From NCBI GenBank assembly GCA_013265495.1, contig MU058423.1, positions 6,610,939-6,674,938 on the forward strand: a stretch of DNA of 64,000 nt, read 5' to 3'. The position numbers were made by a program, and so were the translations under genes. Positions within the stretch are counted from its first letter, which is position 1; every line of letters begins with the position of its first letter. Shown here one piece after another: positions 1-14,300 of this stretch. The notes beneath the pieces are model-generated. The model made no database searches. It was not told the origin of the DNA and saw only the letters and a list, made by a program, of their open reading frames with translations. This DNA comes from Vicugna vicugna. Taxonomy: Eukaryota.

Positions 1-3000
1 TGCTTCATATTGAGACAATTTTCTCTTTTTCCCTTCCTTTCTTCCTTCCTTCCCTCCTTCCTTCTCTTTCTTTCTTTGCCTACGGATGTTTAATTGCTTC
101 GGCACCACTTGCAGAAAAGGTTATCTTTCCTCCATGCAATTATCTTTGCACCTTTGCCAAAGATTGGTTGAGCATATTTGTGTGGTATATTTCTGAATTC
201 TCCGTTTTGTTACATTGAATAGACATTAAATGTGCCTCTTTCCACCAATACCATGGAATCTTGATTAATGTACTACATAAAAAGTCTTGAAGTCAGACAG
301 ATTATTTGTACCACTTTATTATTCTTTACTGAGATAGTTTTCAGAAATTCTAATTCCTTTGCCTTCCCATATTAATTTTTGAATGATGTTGAAAATGTAC
401 TGCTGGAATTTTAATAAGTATTGCATTAAACAAATATATCAATTTGGAGAAATTGATATGTTCACTATTTTAAATCTTGCCACTTTTGAATAGTTTGACT
501 GTCTATTTATTTAGTTTTTTTCTATTTATTTTATTAGCATTGTGTAGTTTTCAGCATACATGTCCTGAATGTGTTTTGCCAGATTCATGTAAGGTTTTTA
601 AACAAACAATTGTAAATGTATTGTATTCTTAAGTTTATTACCTACTTGTTCATTGTTAGTATATGAAAATACAAATGATTTTTGTATGTTTATCTTATTT
701 CCTTTGGCCTTGCTGAACTCATTTCTAGATGCATTTTTGGTAGATTTGTTGGAATTTTCTATGTAGACAATCATGGTCATCTGCAAATAAGGGCAATTTT
801 ATTTCTTCCTTTGTGATCTATATGCTTTTTCTTTTCTTGTCTCATTGCTATAGCTAGAACTTTTAGCACAATTTGGATAAGAGTAGTAAAAGTGGGTATC
901 TTTGCCTTGTTTCTGATTATAAGGGGAAAGTATTCCATCTTTCACCATTAAGTATGTTAGCTATAAACTTTTGTTGATGATTTCTATCAAGTTGAAGATC
1001 TTCCCCTTTATTTATATTTTCTAAGATTTTTTTAATCATGAATTGGTGCTGAATTCTGTCAAATGCCTTTTCCTCATTAATTTGTATGTCTATGTGATTT
1101 TTCTTCTTTAGCCCATTTAATGTGTTGTATTACAGTGCTTGATTTTTAAATATTGAATCTGTCTTACAATCTTGAAATAAATGCCACTTGGTCATTATAT
1201 ATAAAGATTTTTATGTATTGCTAAATTGTATTTGCTAATACAGTATTAAGGATTTTTGCATATATATTCATGACAGATATAGGTCTGTAGTTCTCCCATT
1301 TTTTTTTGTACTCTTTGCGTCTGGTTTTGGTTTCAGGAATATGACCTTCAAAAAATGAATTGGGAAATATTCCCTCATCTTCTATTTTTTAGAAGAGATT
1401 GTGTAGAGTCATTGTGAGTTCTTTTTTAAGTATTTATTAGAATTCTTCAGTAAAGTCATCTGGTCTTGGAGATTTCTTTTCTTGGAAGCTTTATAATTAT
1501 GAATTAAATTTCCTAAACAGTTATTGGGCTATTCAAATTATCTGTTTCTTATTTAGTGAGTTGTAAGTTGTGCTTTTCAAAAATAAGTGTGTGTTGTCTA
1601 CGTTGTCAAACTTGTATGTGCAGGGCTGTTTATAGTATATCCTTATCCTTTGGATGCCTGCAGGGTCTGTTCCATTCTCTATGCCATTCCTGATATTAGT
1701 AATTTGTGTCTTTTCTCTTTTTTCGTTGTCAGTGTTGCTATAATTTATCAATTTTATTGATCTTTTCATGGGACTAGCTTTTTAGTTAATTATTTTCTCT
1801 GTTGACATTGATTTTTACTTTTATATTTATTATTTCCTTCTTTTTGCTGGCTTTTCTCTTTTCTCTGCTCTTTTCTAAGTTCTTGAGGTGGACACTTAGA
1901 TTATTTAATTGAGAATCTTACTTCTCAGCACTGATCTGGCTTTGTCCCATGAATTTTGATGCAATCTATTTTTAATTTCATTCAGTTCACTGTATCTTTT
2001 AATATATTGTATTTTTTCTATATTCTTTCTGATGTTCTATTTGTTCTATCAGCTATTGAGGGGGTACAGTTTACAACTATAATCACACATTTGTCTCTTT
2101 CTCCTTCAGTTATCAGTTTCTGCTTCACATATTTTGCAGAACTATTGTTTGATGCATATGCATTTAAAATCACATATCCTGTTGGCTGATTGACATTCTT
2201 ATTATATAATATTCCTGTCTTTTGTAACTTTCTTTGCTCTGATGTTTACTTTATTTGACATAAATATAACCACTCCTACTTTCCCTTAAGTTTCCATGAT
2301 ATATCTTTATCCAATTTTTTTCACTTTATAAAACACCCTATAAATTTGTATTTGAAACAAGTTTTTAATAGATAAAACAGAGTTGGGTCATGTTTTTTAA
2401 TCCATTCTGTCAATTTGTGCTCTGCCTATTCATCTCTCACCACCAGTCCCTAGCAACACCTGATCTTTTCATTGTCTCCATAGCTTTGCCCTTTTTCAGA
2501 ATGTCATATAGTTGGAAGCATATAGCCTTCTCAGATTGACTTCTTTCACTCAGTAATATGCATTTAAGTTTCCTCTATGTCTTTTTATTGCTTGATAGCT
2601 CATTTTCCTTTTAGTGCTACATAATATTTCATTGTCTGGATGTACCATAGCTTATTTATTCATTTATCTACTGAGGGCACCTTAGTTGCTTAATTTTTGA
2701 GTTATTTTTTGTGAATTTTTTATAAGATCTGTGTCTACATTGACTTTTTTGTATGGAGATGTCCATTTGTTCCAGCACCATTTGCTGAAGAGACTATATT
2801 TGCTCCATTATATTACCCTTACTCTTTTGTCAGGATTATTTGAGCACATTTATGGGATCTGTTTCTGGGCTCTCCATTTCTGTTCCATTGATCTACTTGT
2901 CTGCTCTTTCTCCAGTACCACACTCTCTTGAATACTGCAGCTTTATAGTAACTCTTGAACTCAGGTAGTGTCAGTGATCTAACTTTGTCCTTCTGCTTCA

Positions 3001-4510
3001 ATATTACATTGGGTTCTTTTGCCTCTCCATAAACATTATAATCAGTTTGTCAACATCCACAAAATAAGTTGATGGGATTTTGTTTAAGAATGCATTGAAT
3101 TTATTGATCAAGCTGGGAAGAACTGATAACATAGTAATATCGTCTTCCTATCCATAATAAATGGGACACCTCTCCATTTATTTAGCTCTATTATTTTACT
3201 CATCAGTTTATAGTTTTCTTCCTATAGATCTTGTACATATATTTTAGGGATTCTACCTAAGTATTGCATTTGGAGGAGTTCTAATGTAAATTATTACTAT
3301 GTTTTCAATGTCAGATTTCATTTGTTAATTGTTGGTATATAGGAAAGTGACTGATTTTTGTATATGAACCTTAAATCCTGCAACTTTGCTATAATTGCTT
3401 ACTAGTTCCAGGAGTATTTTTGTTAATTCTTTCAGATTTTCTGCATAGACAGCTATGTCATCTGTGAACAAAAATGGTTCACCTCTTCCTTTCAAATCTG
3501 TATACCTTTTATTTCCTTTTCTTGTCTTATTGTATTATGTAGCACTTTCAGGACAATGTTGAAAAGGAGTGAGGAGACATCTTTGCCTTGTTTCTGATTT
3601 TTGTGGAAAAGCTTCTAGTTTCTCATCATTAACTATGATATTACTGTAGGTTTTTTCTAGATATTCTTTACCAAGATGAAGAAGTTCTCCTTTATCCCTA
3701 ATGTACTTTAAATTTTTATCATGAATGGGTGTATGATTTTGTCAAATAATGTTTCTGTATCTGTTGATATGATAATATGATTTTTATTTTTTAGCCTGTT
3801 AATGTAATAAAATTATTAATTAATTTTTGATTATTGAAACAGCCTTGGGTGCCAGGGATAAGTCCTATTTGGTCATGGCATATAATTCTTTTTATACATT
3901 GTTGGATTTAATTTGCTAATATTTTGTATAGGACTTTTTCATCTAAGTTCATGAGAGATATAGGTCTGTAGTTTTTTATTCTTTAAATTTTTTCAGGTCC
4001 ATCTTATAACCCAGAATATTGTCTTATAACCCAGGTGAATGTTCCATGAGCTTAAGAAAAATGTGTATACTGCTGTTATTAGATGCTGTTATTAGATGAA
4101 GTAGTCTATAGATGCCAAATATACCCAGTTGGTTGGTAGTATTGTTGAGTTCAACTATGAATTGATTTTCTGCTTGCTGGATGTGTCCATTTATGATAGA
4201 GGAGTATTAGAGATTCCAATTATGATTGTGGAATTCATTTATTTCTCCTCGGAGTTCTATCAGTTTTTGCCGTACATAGTTTGAGCATTCTCTTTTTTCA
4301 CGTTAGTGTGTTTTCGTTGCTGTTTAAGCATTTTTATCATGGCTACTTTAAAATTTTGTCAGATAATATCTCTGTCATTTCATTGTTGACATCTTTTGAC
4401 ATTCCTTTCTTAATTAAGTTTAGATCTTTATCATTTTTGGTATGATGACTGATTTCTTACTGAAATCTGGACATTTTTGTATTATATTATAAAACTCTGG
4501 ATTTTATTTA
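1..4510 (-). mobile_element. Cluster of old, decayed L1 fragments (L1M type), at least two nested or adjacent copies
   Basis: Antisense ORF2 remnants (ORF 1533-1769 EKTQITNIRN; ORF 2819-3001 [16 protein letters not shown]). The same ORF2 segment occurs twice (~80-1290 and ~2760-3975), with an L1 3' UTR piece at ~2420-2690. Confidence 0.85.
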
Positions 4511-7500
4511 AACCTGGTGTAACTGGTTCTCCCTGACAACACTTGGACAGGGGCAGTGGATGTTCTGCATTGTTACTGGCAAGTGGGAGCGTTTGGGTTG
4601 AAGCTGGGTGATAATATATACGGGTTTATTATATTACTTTCTCTATTTTTTGTGTATGCTTGGAAATTTCCATACTAAAATTAAAGAGATAATGAGTAAT
4701 AATATCTACATTGAAGATATATTTTGTTTATACATATTCACTGGACACTCAATGAATAATAAGTAAATAAAATAACATACAATAAAATATCTATGCCCCA
4801 AAAAATTTGCATTGGGATTTTAAGGTGGAGTTCTATAAATTTTTAAGTTATGTTGAGAGCATTAAGTCTATATGGTAAACCTGAGACTTCAAAATATGAA
4901 ATACCAGCAATGAGAAATAAACTTTGATTTTGCATACAAATTCTCTTGTTCTTTAAATTTACTTTAACATAATTTTTAAGGGTGGGGGGATGTTAGTATG
5001 ACAACACAATTAAGATGTGTTTAATGCAAAATGAAATTGTCTGCTTTTGGTTTCTTCTTGTTAAAGTTTCATATTAATGGCCTGTCACCTTAAGATATAT
5101 ACTTAAAAATTACAAACTATAGTCTTGAATTTTGGATAAACTCACATTATAAGACACTTATTATTTATTTATACTTTCTCCTGCCCTTCCAAAGCAACAA
5201 ACTTTCTTCAGGCATGCTTAGGGACTTTGGAAGAGGTAGATACTAGAAACCAGAAGGTATCTTAGTAATCATGTAATCCAAAGATTTCATTTCACAGATA
5301 AAATCACTTAGTACCCATAGAGGATGTGTATGTGATTATTTGCACAACATCCTCTCCCCCAGGTTTCCGGGGAACCACATTTCATCCATTCTATCCACAT
5401 GATTTTTACTGTCATCTTCTTAATTTATTTCATTTAACCCTTGACCACAGTTGATTGTTCCAGATGCTGGTATCTTTGCAAAGATTGTTAGACTTTGATG
5501 AGCTCTAAGTCATAAAATGTTTTGCAGCTGTATTTTCTATCATTTAGGGATACATTTTTCTTGGCAGCAAGAGAGAGGGCTGAAACTGAGAGAAACAGAG
5601 AGTCACATCAGGACTCAAGTCTCTGACCCCTGCATCCCTGAACCTCTACCCAATGCTTGTTTATACCATTAGATATCTCAACATACTCCAAATACATTTC
5701 TTCTTTTGCTTTGGCTAATCTTAGTATATGTCATCGCAGCACTAATTAGTAGTGCTATGAAGGTTAAGTGACTTATCCGAGGCTTCAAAATCAGTTCAAA
5801 AGTTGCTTTAGAAGCCCAATAATAGGCACTAATAAATTATTGTCAAAATCAAATAGACTGCAATATATCATGTTTTCTAGAAATTTTTATGCATTTTAAT
5901 ATATATTTATGACTATTATTTTGCACTGTCTTTAGAAGAAGTGTCTCAAATAACAAAACAACATGCTATATTTGTAACCTCTTACACAAGTGGGAAGTAC
6001 TCACAGTGGAAACAATATTATGTATGGGATTTGCTTTAAAATACTGTAGCACAAAAAGTAGGGGGAGGGGGCAACAAAGTATAAAACAAGATTAGCCAAA
6101 TAACAATGGTTGCCAATGCCGAGATGTAAATAAGTGGAATTCATTATACTATCTGCCTTTTTTTGTGCATTTTCATTACAAAAATTTTGAGAAAAAGTAT
6201 TTTATAATATCTGGCATATTATTGGTTCTCATTGAATACTGGCTATCTCTAGCCTCCCATAGCCCAGTTGGTAAAAAAAGGAAGAAATGAGAGCAGCCAA
6301 GAAAGGTAGGGATCATACTTGCTAACCTGGGTACATCTGCTTTCTAAATTATGAGGGATAGAAGGAATTTCAAAGTTCACATATCTTAATACTAGTTTCA
6401 AATTCTATCTACTTTTCCCTTATCTTTCAACATTTGACCATTTCACCATTTGACAATTTCTATGATACATTTTTATTGCATTTTATTTCAATTTCACTTT
6501 TTGACTCACTCTTATCACTTGTACTTTAGTACAGTTTAAGTTTATGGGTTTTTCTTCTCAGCAAGTTTGTTGTAGCTAAATGTAAAGAAAACTGGGGAAA
6601 TTCTCATACTGTTTTCATTGGGGGAAAAGATGTACAAATGCATATTCAGTATATTGTTCCTCAGTGCTTTTTTGCTTTAAAAAAAAATGGAAGAAAAACC
6701 CCACATGCTAACAGTAGGTATCAGTCTAGGATACCATATTATACAACGTAAGGAGCCACCACTAAGATCAGTACTAGAACACTATTTATGTCTATTTATG
6801 TCTATATTTTTTTCATTCTGTATACATGTTAAATAAACAGGTATTGCTTTTGTAATTAGAAAAAATGTATACAATATTAGGTGAAGATTTCTACAGTGCA
6901 TTTCTTAAAAACTTTATTCTAATCTGGGTAGCAAAATAATTTTGTTTGGGATAGAAATTCATCCAGACAGAGCTGGGATGAGATGAAACCATTACAGAGA
7001 GGACAGAAACCCATTCCTCTCCTCAAGGAGAGAGAAGGTAAAATTCAATGGAAGCCCATAAGAATGAGCACTTACAGCTGAAGAATTCCTCAAATGCCCA
7101 GGAGTGACAATAGATAAAAAGCCTGGCCATGCCACCTGTGAGGTTGCCTATTTCCTGTCTTGAGCTACTATTGCTGTCACCTAAAAATCAAACTGAATTT
7201 ATGAGCATCCCTTCCCAACCTGGCCCTTTTCAAGTAGAGGGGAAAAAAGGAAGCCAATGACAGCACCCATCTTGCTGCACAAGCCAGAAACTGAGGAAAC
7301 ATCTTGGACAGACATCACTAACAGCTCTCTTTTCCTTACCAAATCCTCCACCAAAGCCTACAGATTTTATTTCTTACACATCTATCCTTAAATCTATTGA
7401 CCTCTCACTATCACCACTTACTGCTATTTGAATCTAGAACTCTATCATTCCTTTCCCAGACCACCAAAATAGATGACTACCTGGTCTTCCTGCATCAACT

Positions 7501-8169
7501 CCAGCCTCCCCCACTCTGCAAAACTGAAAAGATAATTTTTCAAAACAAATCTGATCTTGTCACCACTTTCTCACCTTAATACTCTTCATTGTTTTCATAA
7601 TAAAGACCAAAGTTCTTAAAGTATTCCTCAAGGCTCTGTGTAGCCATATATTGAAGTGACAAAGAAAAGAAACAAATAACTTTATATAAAATGACCTAAA
7701 TTTTACAAAACTCTCTAAAAAATTACACACATATACAGACACACATGTATAAGTACATATACATACATATATAATGAGGAAATTATTTTATGTATCTATA
7801 TAACACAAGCATATAGAAAGATGTGCAAGGCCATTTGTTACTTAGGGTGGGGACAAAGTGAGAAGGTAACTAAAAGGGAAGAGTTGGTTGAAAAGGGAAG
7901 GGGGGAAAGAGAGAAAAGAAGAAATAAGAACAAGCTATACTTCTTTTATAAAACAACATTTATATATGACCCCACTTCTACAAATTTATATGTTGATGTT
8001 TTGCTGAAGAATGATCATTAAAATCACTAAATCGTTAACAGTGGTGGTTGTTTGTTGATGAAATTTCACTAATTTTTATTGCCTTTTATATTAGTTTCTT
8101 TTTTTACAATTAGCGTTTTATGCATATATAATAAGAAAAAGTTATATCATTTTCATTTTCAAAAAATAA

Positions 8170-8405
8170 AGTATATGGAGTCTGAAATCAGAATATCTGG
8201 ATTCTTATCCCAGCTTGCTGTGTGGTATTAGACACATTGCCATATCAGGATGAGTACTGAATTCCTCCAGTTTGCTCTTCAGTAAAATGGAAATAGTAAA
8301 TAGTATCATCAACATGGCATCAGTGAGACAACTGGATCATATAATTCATGTATATCTCAGTACTCCATGTTGAACGTGATCAATAAATCTTAACTATTAT
8401 CATTA
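8170..8405. mobile_element. MIR SINE
   Basis: ggagtc..aga..tctggattc..atcccagct...cagtttgctcttcagtaaaatggaaatagtaa core. Confidence 0.6.
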
Positions 8406-8533
8406 CTTTTAAATGGGAGATAATTCTGGTTAAGTGAGAAAAGGCCAACAGAAGTGGCTGTGTGTGGTGAGATGCTGGTACCTGCCAGGCAGAAGGTAGA
8501 GGTTAGTTAGATATTCAGACTGGTCTTCATGGT

Positions 8534-8965
8534 TGTATTAGTTTTCTGTTGCTGCATAATAAATTACCATAAACAGTGGCTTAACACAATACTCATTTAT
8601 TACCTAAAGTTATAAAAGTGAGAAGTCCAACACGTTGAGACTGGACTCCTTGCTCAGCATCTCAAATCAAAGCTAAACTCAAGGTTTCAGTCAGATTTCA
8701 TGCTTATCGGGAGCTCAGGGATCTCTTCCGAGCTTAAGTAGCTGTGGTAGGATTCAGTTTCTTACAGTAATAGGACTGATTTCCCTGTTTCCTTGCTGGA
8801 TCAGCAAAGGACCTCTCTAAGCCCCTAGAGGCTTCCCACATTCCTTGCACATGGCTCCCTCCATCCTCAAAGCCATGAATAGAAAATCTCCTTCACATCA
8901 AAATCTTTCTTCAAGAAGAGCTCAGTGCCTTTTAAGGGCTCTCTGATGTATCAGATTTACCTAGG
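8534..8965 (-). mobile_element. MaLR LTR (MLT1 type)
   Basis: Begins tgtattagttttctgttgctgcataataaattaccataaac..gtggctta, the typical MLT1 reverse-strand end. Confidence 0.75.
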
Positions 8966-10146
8966 ATTCTGGTTCAAACTCTTAATACATCCATCATGGT
9001 ATAGGCAGACCTCTATCTAAAGATGGATTTTAAAAGTACATTTAATTTTTCTCTTCATGCCTCTTCTATTTTCCTCTGTCTCTTCTGCTTGTTGAATCCT
9101 TCTCATCTAGGAAGATTTTTTCCATATCTCAGGCTTTAACTGCAAACCACCCCCTCAAATCCGGTACCAACCTATGCCCACCTCTGTCATTGCCATTACC
9201 ATATTGTACTTATTTGTTTATTAGTTTGTCACTCAAACTTGTCTTGCTTATCTTTGTTTCCTATGCACATGGCACAGTATTGGGCACATAATAGGTAGCT
9301 GAAATACATAAATGGATTAATGTTGGCTTAAATGGGTTAAGCCACTCTTAATAAGCCGAGTACTCTATTACACTGTGTGTCAGTGGTATTTGAACACACA
9401 GGAGAGAACAGCAACCCAGGGCAGAGTCTTTTGACAGTAATAGGGTCAGAACATTGTTTTTGTATCTAAAGAAACATGGATATATTATGAAGTAAATTAT
9501 AAGATATATAACGACAATTAAGTTATATTCTTAGAATTCAAGGTTAGTTTTTTCAAACCATATCCCCACTCTCTGTCCACAGAAGCATGTAGAGAAGATG
9601 TTTGGAAGCCCTGCTTGAGGAGGACTAGATTGAAGCTCTCTGCTTCACTTTATCTGTATTTTCCTGCACTCACCCCTATGAGAGAACTTTAGCTGTGGCA
9701 CTCAGCCAGCTATCCCCAGGGGCTAGCATTTGAGAAGCTTGAATTGACTAAATTATCATTCTGAAAATAGTATTATCTCCAGTAAGAAGATTGAATAAGA
9801 AGATAGAATGTTTATATGCCTAAGACTAAAGTCAGCCCTAAAATATGATGAATTTACCAAATTAATGCCCCCTTGGCAAGTCCCCTTGGTGGCCAAAGCC
9901 CAAATATTCTGATTCCTCAAACTCCTACATATTTCTTTTATGGTCTATGTTGCATGTTTCTTATATGTTCTATTGTTTAGAGAAAAACAATGCAGGATAT
10001 CCAAAAGTTTTAGTCAGAAAGTAAAGCCAGATTTCAGGCAGTATCTAGTAATAGCACTCAAAATTCACATTTAATAAGTATCTACTAAAGTTTGCTTAAT
10101 GCTATGAAAAAGCAATTACCTCTCTATATCCATGATGTATGAAAAC

Positions 10147-10385
10147 TTATTCATTTATTGAGCAAATATTTATTGGCAGACCTATCATGTGTTGAGTGCC
10201 TGAGACATTGAGGATACAACAGTAAACAAAACAGTAACCCTGCTCCAATGGAGCTGACAGTCTAGTGAGAGACAGGCAACAAGTCTTTATCTGCCAAGTC
10301 ACGGCACTGGGGGTAAAGAGGGAGGAGTAGCCAGGCAAGGGGCTCTCTGACAAGGTGACATTAGTGAAGAATCTGTATCTGGAGA
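10147..10385 (-). mobile_element. L2 3' end fragment
   Basis: ttcatttattgagcaaatatttattg...gatacaacagtaaacaaaacag...ccctgctc...gagctgacagtctagtg. Confidence 0.7.
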
Positions 10386-11371
10386 GTTTTGTTTTTTCTT
10401 TTGGTCTTATTTTCTTATCCTCTTCCTCCTTCCTACTTCCAAGTAACTAATAATATGAATATTCAGAGGACTGGCTTATTGCAGATTAATTGCAGAATGT
10501 ACACCTGCGAGACTGGCATCCTGTCCACGCTAGCACGCATGGACAGGATCATATGTGAAATCCAGAGAGAAGTACACAAGCTATTTATCTATGGCTAGCA
10601 GGTTCATTCAGGGTTTGAGCTGTGTTTTAATTATTCCTTAAGAACATATAATTTGCTAAGCTTAAAAGCTGTTGTGTTATTCTTTGTAAAACTTTTTACT
10701 TTGACACTACTTCTAGCTCTCTCGGTAACTTGACAGGAAGGTTGTTTCTAATATTATTCTTTTCTCTTTACGTTTGTGAAGGTGACTGTTTGCCTTTAGC
10801 AAACGTTTATTCTTATTTGTCTTTCTAGCCTGCTTAATGAGCATCACCTCTCAACTTTTGGCTTCTGCAGCTCAGATACTTATTCTCAGAGTACTGCTTT
10901 CATGTAAAAAAAAGTCTATAATTACAGCCATAGCTATAGAAACCATGACTATATGTACAGTAAAAATAAGCTTAAATGAATATTTCTCACAAGGATTATA
11001 AGAGTGTGTGATGGTATTTTACTTGGTTTCAGTTTCAACTTTGTGCATATGAGATTTACTTTGCTAGTAAGTTCTACGAAACTATCTTTTTTTTTCAAAA
11101 TACCAATTCAGAATCTTAAATCTTTTCTCTTTCCTAAAAATAATAGTAATTACTGACTTGATGGACAACAGTTGATTGTCATACCCTAATAATGACATTT
11201 ATGGAATTGATTACTTTCTTAAGAAGTCAATAAAGAAATGAAAGTCAAAAATAGAAGTATTTTGGCCTGAAATATGTCTCCCTGCTTATTTTTTCCCTAA
11301 GGGCATTAGATTAATATGTCTAATTCAACCAAAGTTGGATGTTTGAGACTGGGAACTTCACAAACCTTGAT

Positions 11372-11385
11372 GGGGGGGGGGGGGG
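11372..11385 (+). repeat. G14 homopolymer
   Basis: 14 consecutive G. Confidence 0.95.
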
Positions 11386-14300
11386 AAACTGCAAAAATTA
11401 CAGCCAATAGGCAACACTAATCGTGGATGCTATTCTTTAAAAGTTTATCTGAGATCTAAGCTTCTTAAGGTGGTATGAAGTATTTTCAAAACATTTCAAA
11501 TATTTCAAAAGATCATCCAAAAAGAAAAAAAAAATAGGTATAGCTTCATATTTGAAACAGCAGTGCCACCTTGTGACAATCTATCTTAGCATAATTCGAC
11601 TCCTTATTTCCTTATTGTCAATCAACTCATATTAAGATATGAAGAGAAAATAATGCACTTTGATTTCTTTGGGACACTTTAAAATCACTTACTAAAAGGG
11701 AAATGTCAATTTTCCTTTATTTATTAACCATCAGACTAACAATCATCAAAATTCTTAAGCAACCACTATATTTAAAGTATTTTCCTAGGCTTTATACAAA
11801 TTTTTAAAAGAAGTAGTCATTGCTCACTACTCTTGAGAAAGACATAATCAAATAGAAAGACTGACAAAACCAGGCTCAAGAAACAAACATTTGGCAAACA
11901 AATTAAATAGCAGAGGATGGCACTTTTCAGAGTACTTCAAACCAGGAAGGCATCCTGGAGAAGAGAGAAAATTTCTGTTCCCACAATTCTTTGTTTAGAA
12001 TGAAACAAATACTGTAACAGATGCTAGTCAGGAAGGAAATTATCTTTACTTTAGCTCATGTTTTTGTTTTGCTCTATATTCCTACTCCATTTTTCCAGAG
12101 GTAAAAGATGCAAAATTTTTAATTTAAATTAAAAATGCAAAAAGGACCGATACAGAGAAATTCTTTTTGTGGTGGAGGCTTACACTAATGGGTACTTTAA
12201 AAATTTTTAATGTTTTTCAGTGCTTTTTTTTTCCAGATAGGAAAGAGGGAGTTCTTTCAATCTACTGAATAATTAAATTATTATATAATATGATCTATAA
12301 GGAACTGGAAACTAGAATGAGTTTTAGTGCATATGGCTTAATCTGAATCAACAATTAGTATTAAATGCCTAGTAGAGGACAAAAGAAATAACAAGTGCAT
12401 TTATTGTCCTGGTGTGCAAGTTACTTTGACAAAATTCTAGCTAATAACAAGAGAAATTTCACATTTCCCTGCCCTAAAATCCAACTCCATTACTCTCCTA
12501 CTGGTGGGGAGAGGCTAGACTGTTAGCTGGACTACAGAGCCCTAATTTTGGAACACTAAAGAGAGAGGGAAAGGAAGCAAGACAAAGAAAACTATGGCTA
12601 GCTCTTATCATCCTCACCCCAGTCAACAGCATTGTAATTTAATCCCTTTCTACAATATCTAATTTGGTAACCAAAACAGCAATCAGCAAGAGTAAAAGTA
12701 CAGGAAAATTGGTCAAATAACTTTTTTTCTTCAGATTTTAAGCTTCTTGAAAACTGAGCATCTTTCTGTTTGCTATGATCCCATGAAGGCTTAACAATAA
12801 TAAATATTCATTGGATCAAATTTTTTCTTTCACCAATGCTCTTAATTCTATTTCAAAATTTTTGGAGTCCTTTTATTGCATTGGCAATATGAAATTTAGC
12901 TATCAACCCTAAAGATAACTGGGTTGTATCCTCTAATTCTTTTATAGCAAATAGACATTTTTCAAACTTTCAGTTGTCTTATAATTCATGTCTAATTATA
13001 ATTTTAAAATCATCTAAAAGGACATTTCCCCCACTAAAGACTGCTAAATATAACACCTTTTCTAAATCCACTGATACTTTAACACAGAAAATTAAAGAGT
13101 TTTTCAGAAAACACATAGATTTTCACAGAAAAATGTGATTAAGTAGGAATGAGAGAGATTAAAGAAGAAATTCGTCATTACACAGATTGTGAGAAACCAG
13201 AAAAGTTTTCCCCTATGTTGATGAACCACTTTCCCTCTTGATAATAAAAGACATTTATGAGGAAGAAGCAGAAAAAATATATATATATCAACTGCGAAGA
13301 CAGTAAGAATGAATATGAAGGGTGAAGAATTAGGGTTGTTCAGAATCATTTCAATTTGGATTTCCCTGTAATTTATTTGGCTGTCTTTTTAATTGGTTTT
13401 CACTTATGAAAGTGAAATATTTATTTAATATTTAGCTCTATTTTGTCGATATGAAAATTCACATGTAAAAACACAATGTATAAAATGCAAAAGATTAAGG
13501 CTAAAATAAAATAAAACCAAAGCTTATTTTTAATGTGTTTTAAGGAAAGAATGAGGGAAATATTTACTTAGCAGTTCAAAATTACCAAAGATTTTAGATT
13601 TCTATTTCAAAATTTATCCATGAGCAATCAGATTTGTCACATGTAATCTTTATATATATTTTTGAGGGTGAAAATCATACCAAATGTAGAAACAGAAAGT
13701 AAGAGAAAAAATTGGACAAAAATAATACAACCACGTTCTTTAGTCTTGAGTATTTTTTCTTGTGTGAGTATTTAAACATAAAATATTTATGGTATCATAT
13801 ATATTACCTATGATGGGGTTACATAATATATCCAATGTAAGATTAAAGTAAATCAACTTAAAATTAATAATTCTGGACATGTTTATAATGCTAAATAACA
13901 GTATAAAATAGTATATAATAATGATGATAGCAAAAATAGCTTTTAATTATTAAATAGTTATTTTTCCATGAATAATGGAATAATATGAATTGAAATCGGC
14001 GAAGTAAATGATGAGTCTGAGTCTCATATGTGTCTGAATTATATCCATGCTGGAATCTGTCTGGTTAAATCAGTGCTCTGTTTACACATTGCTGACAATC
14101 TGCTCTGTCACCTAAAGGGATACTGTTATGAAATAAAATCCAAAGATATCTTATCTTCTGCTTTTTGTTATTTTTGCATGTCAATATAACTTTAACTAGC
14201 TAAAAATCGTAAATATTCACTACCAGCTTAACCCCTAGGATACATTAATGAAATTATATTTTAGATGCATGGCCGCATATTAAATACCTTTTAAATTAAA

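Noticed and set aside
80..3975. Apparent 1.2-kb segmental duplication (~80-1290 vs ~2760-3975)
   Set aside because: Both are diverged copies of the same L1 ORF2 segment, better explained as separate insertions
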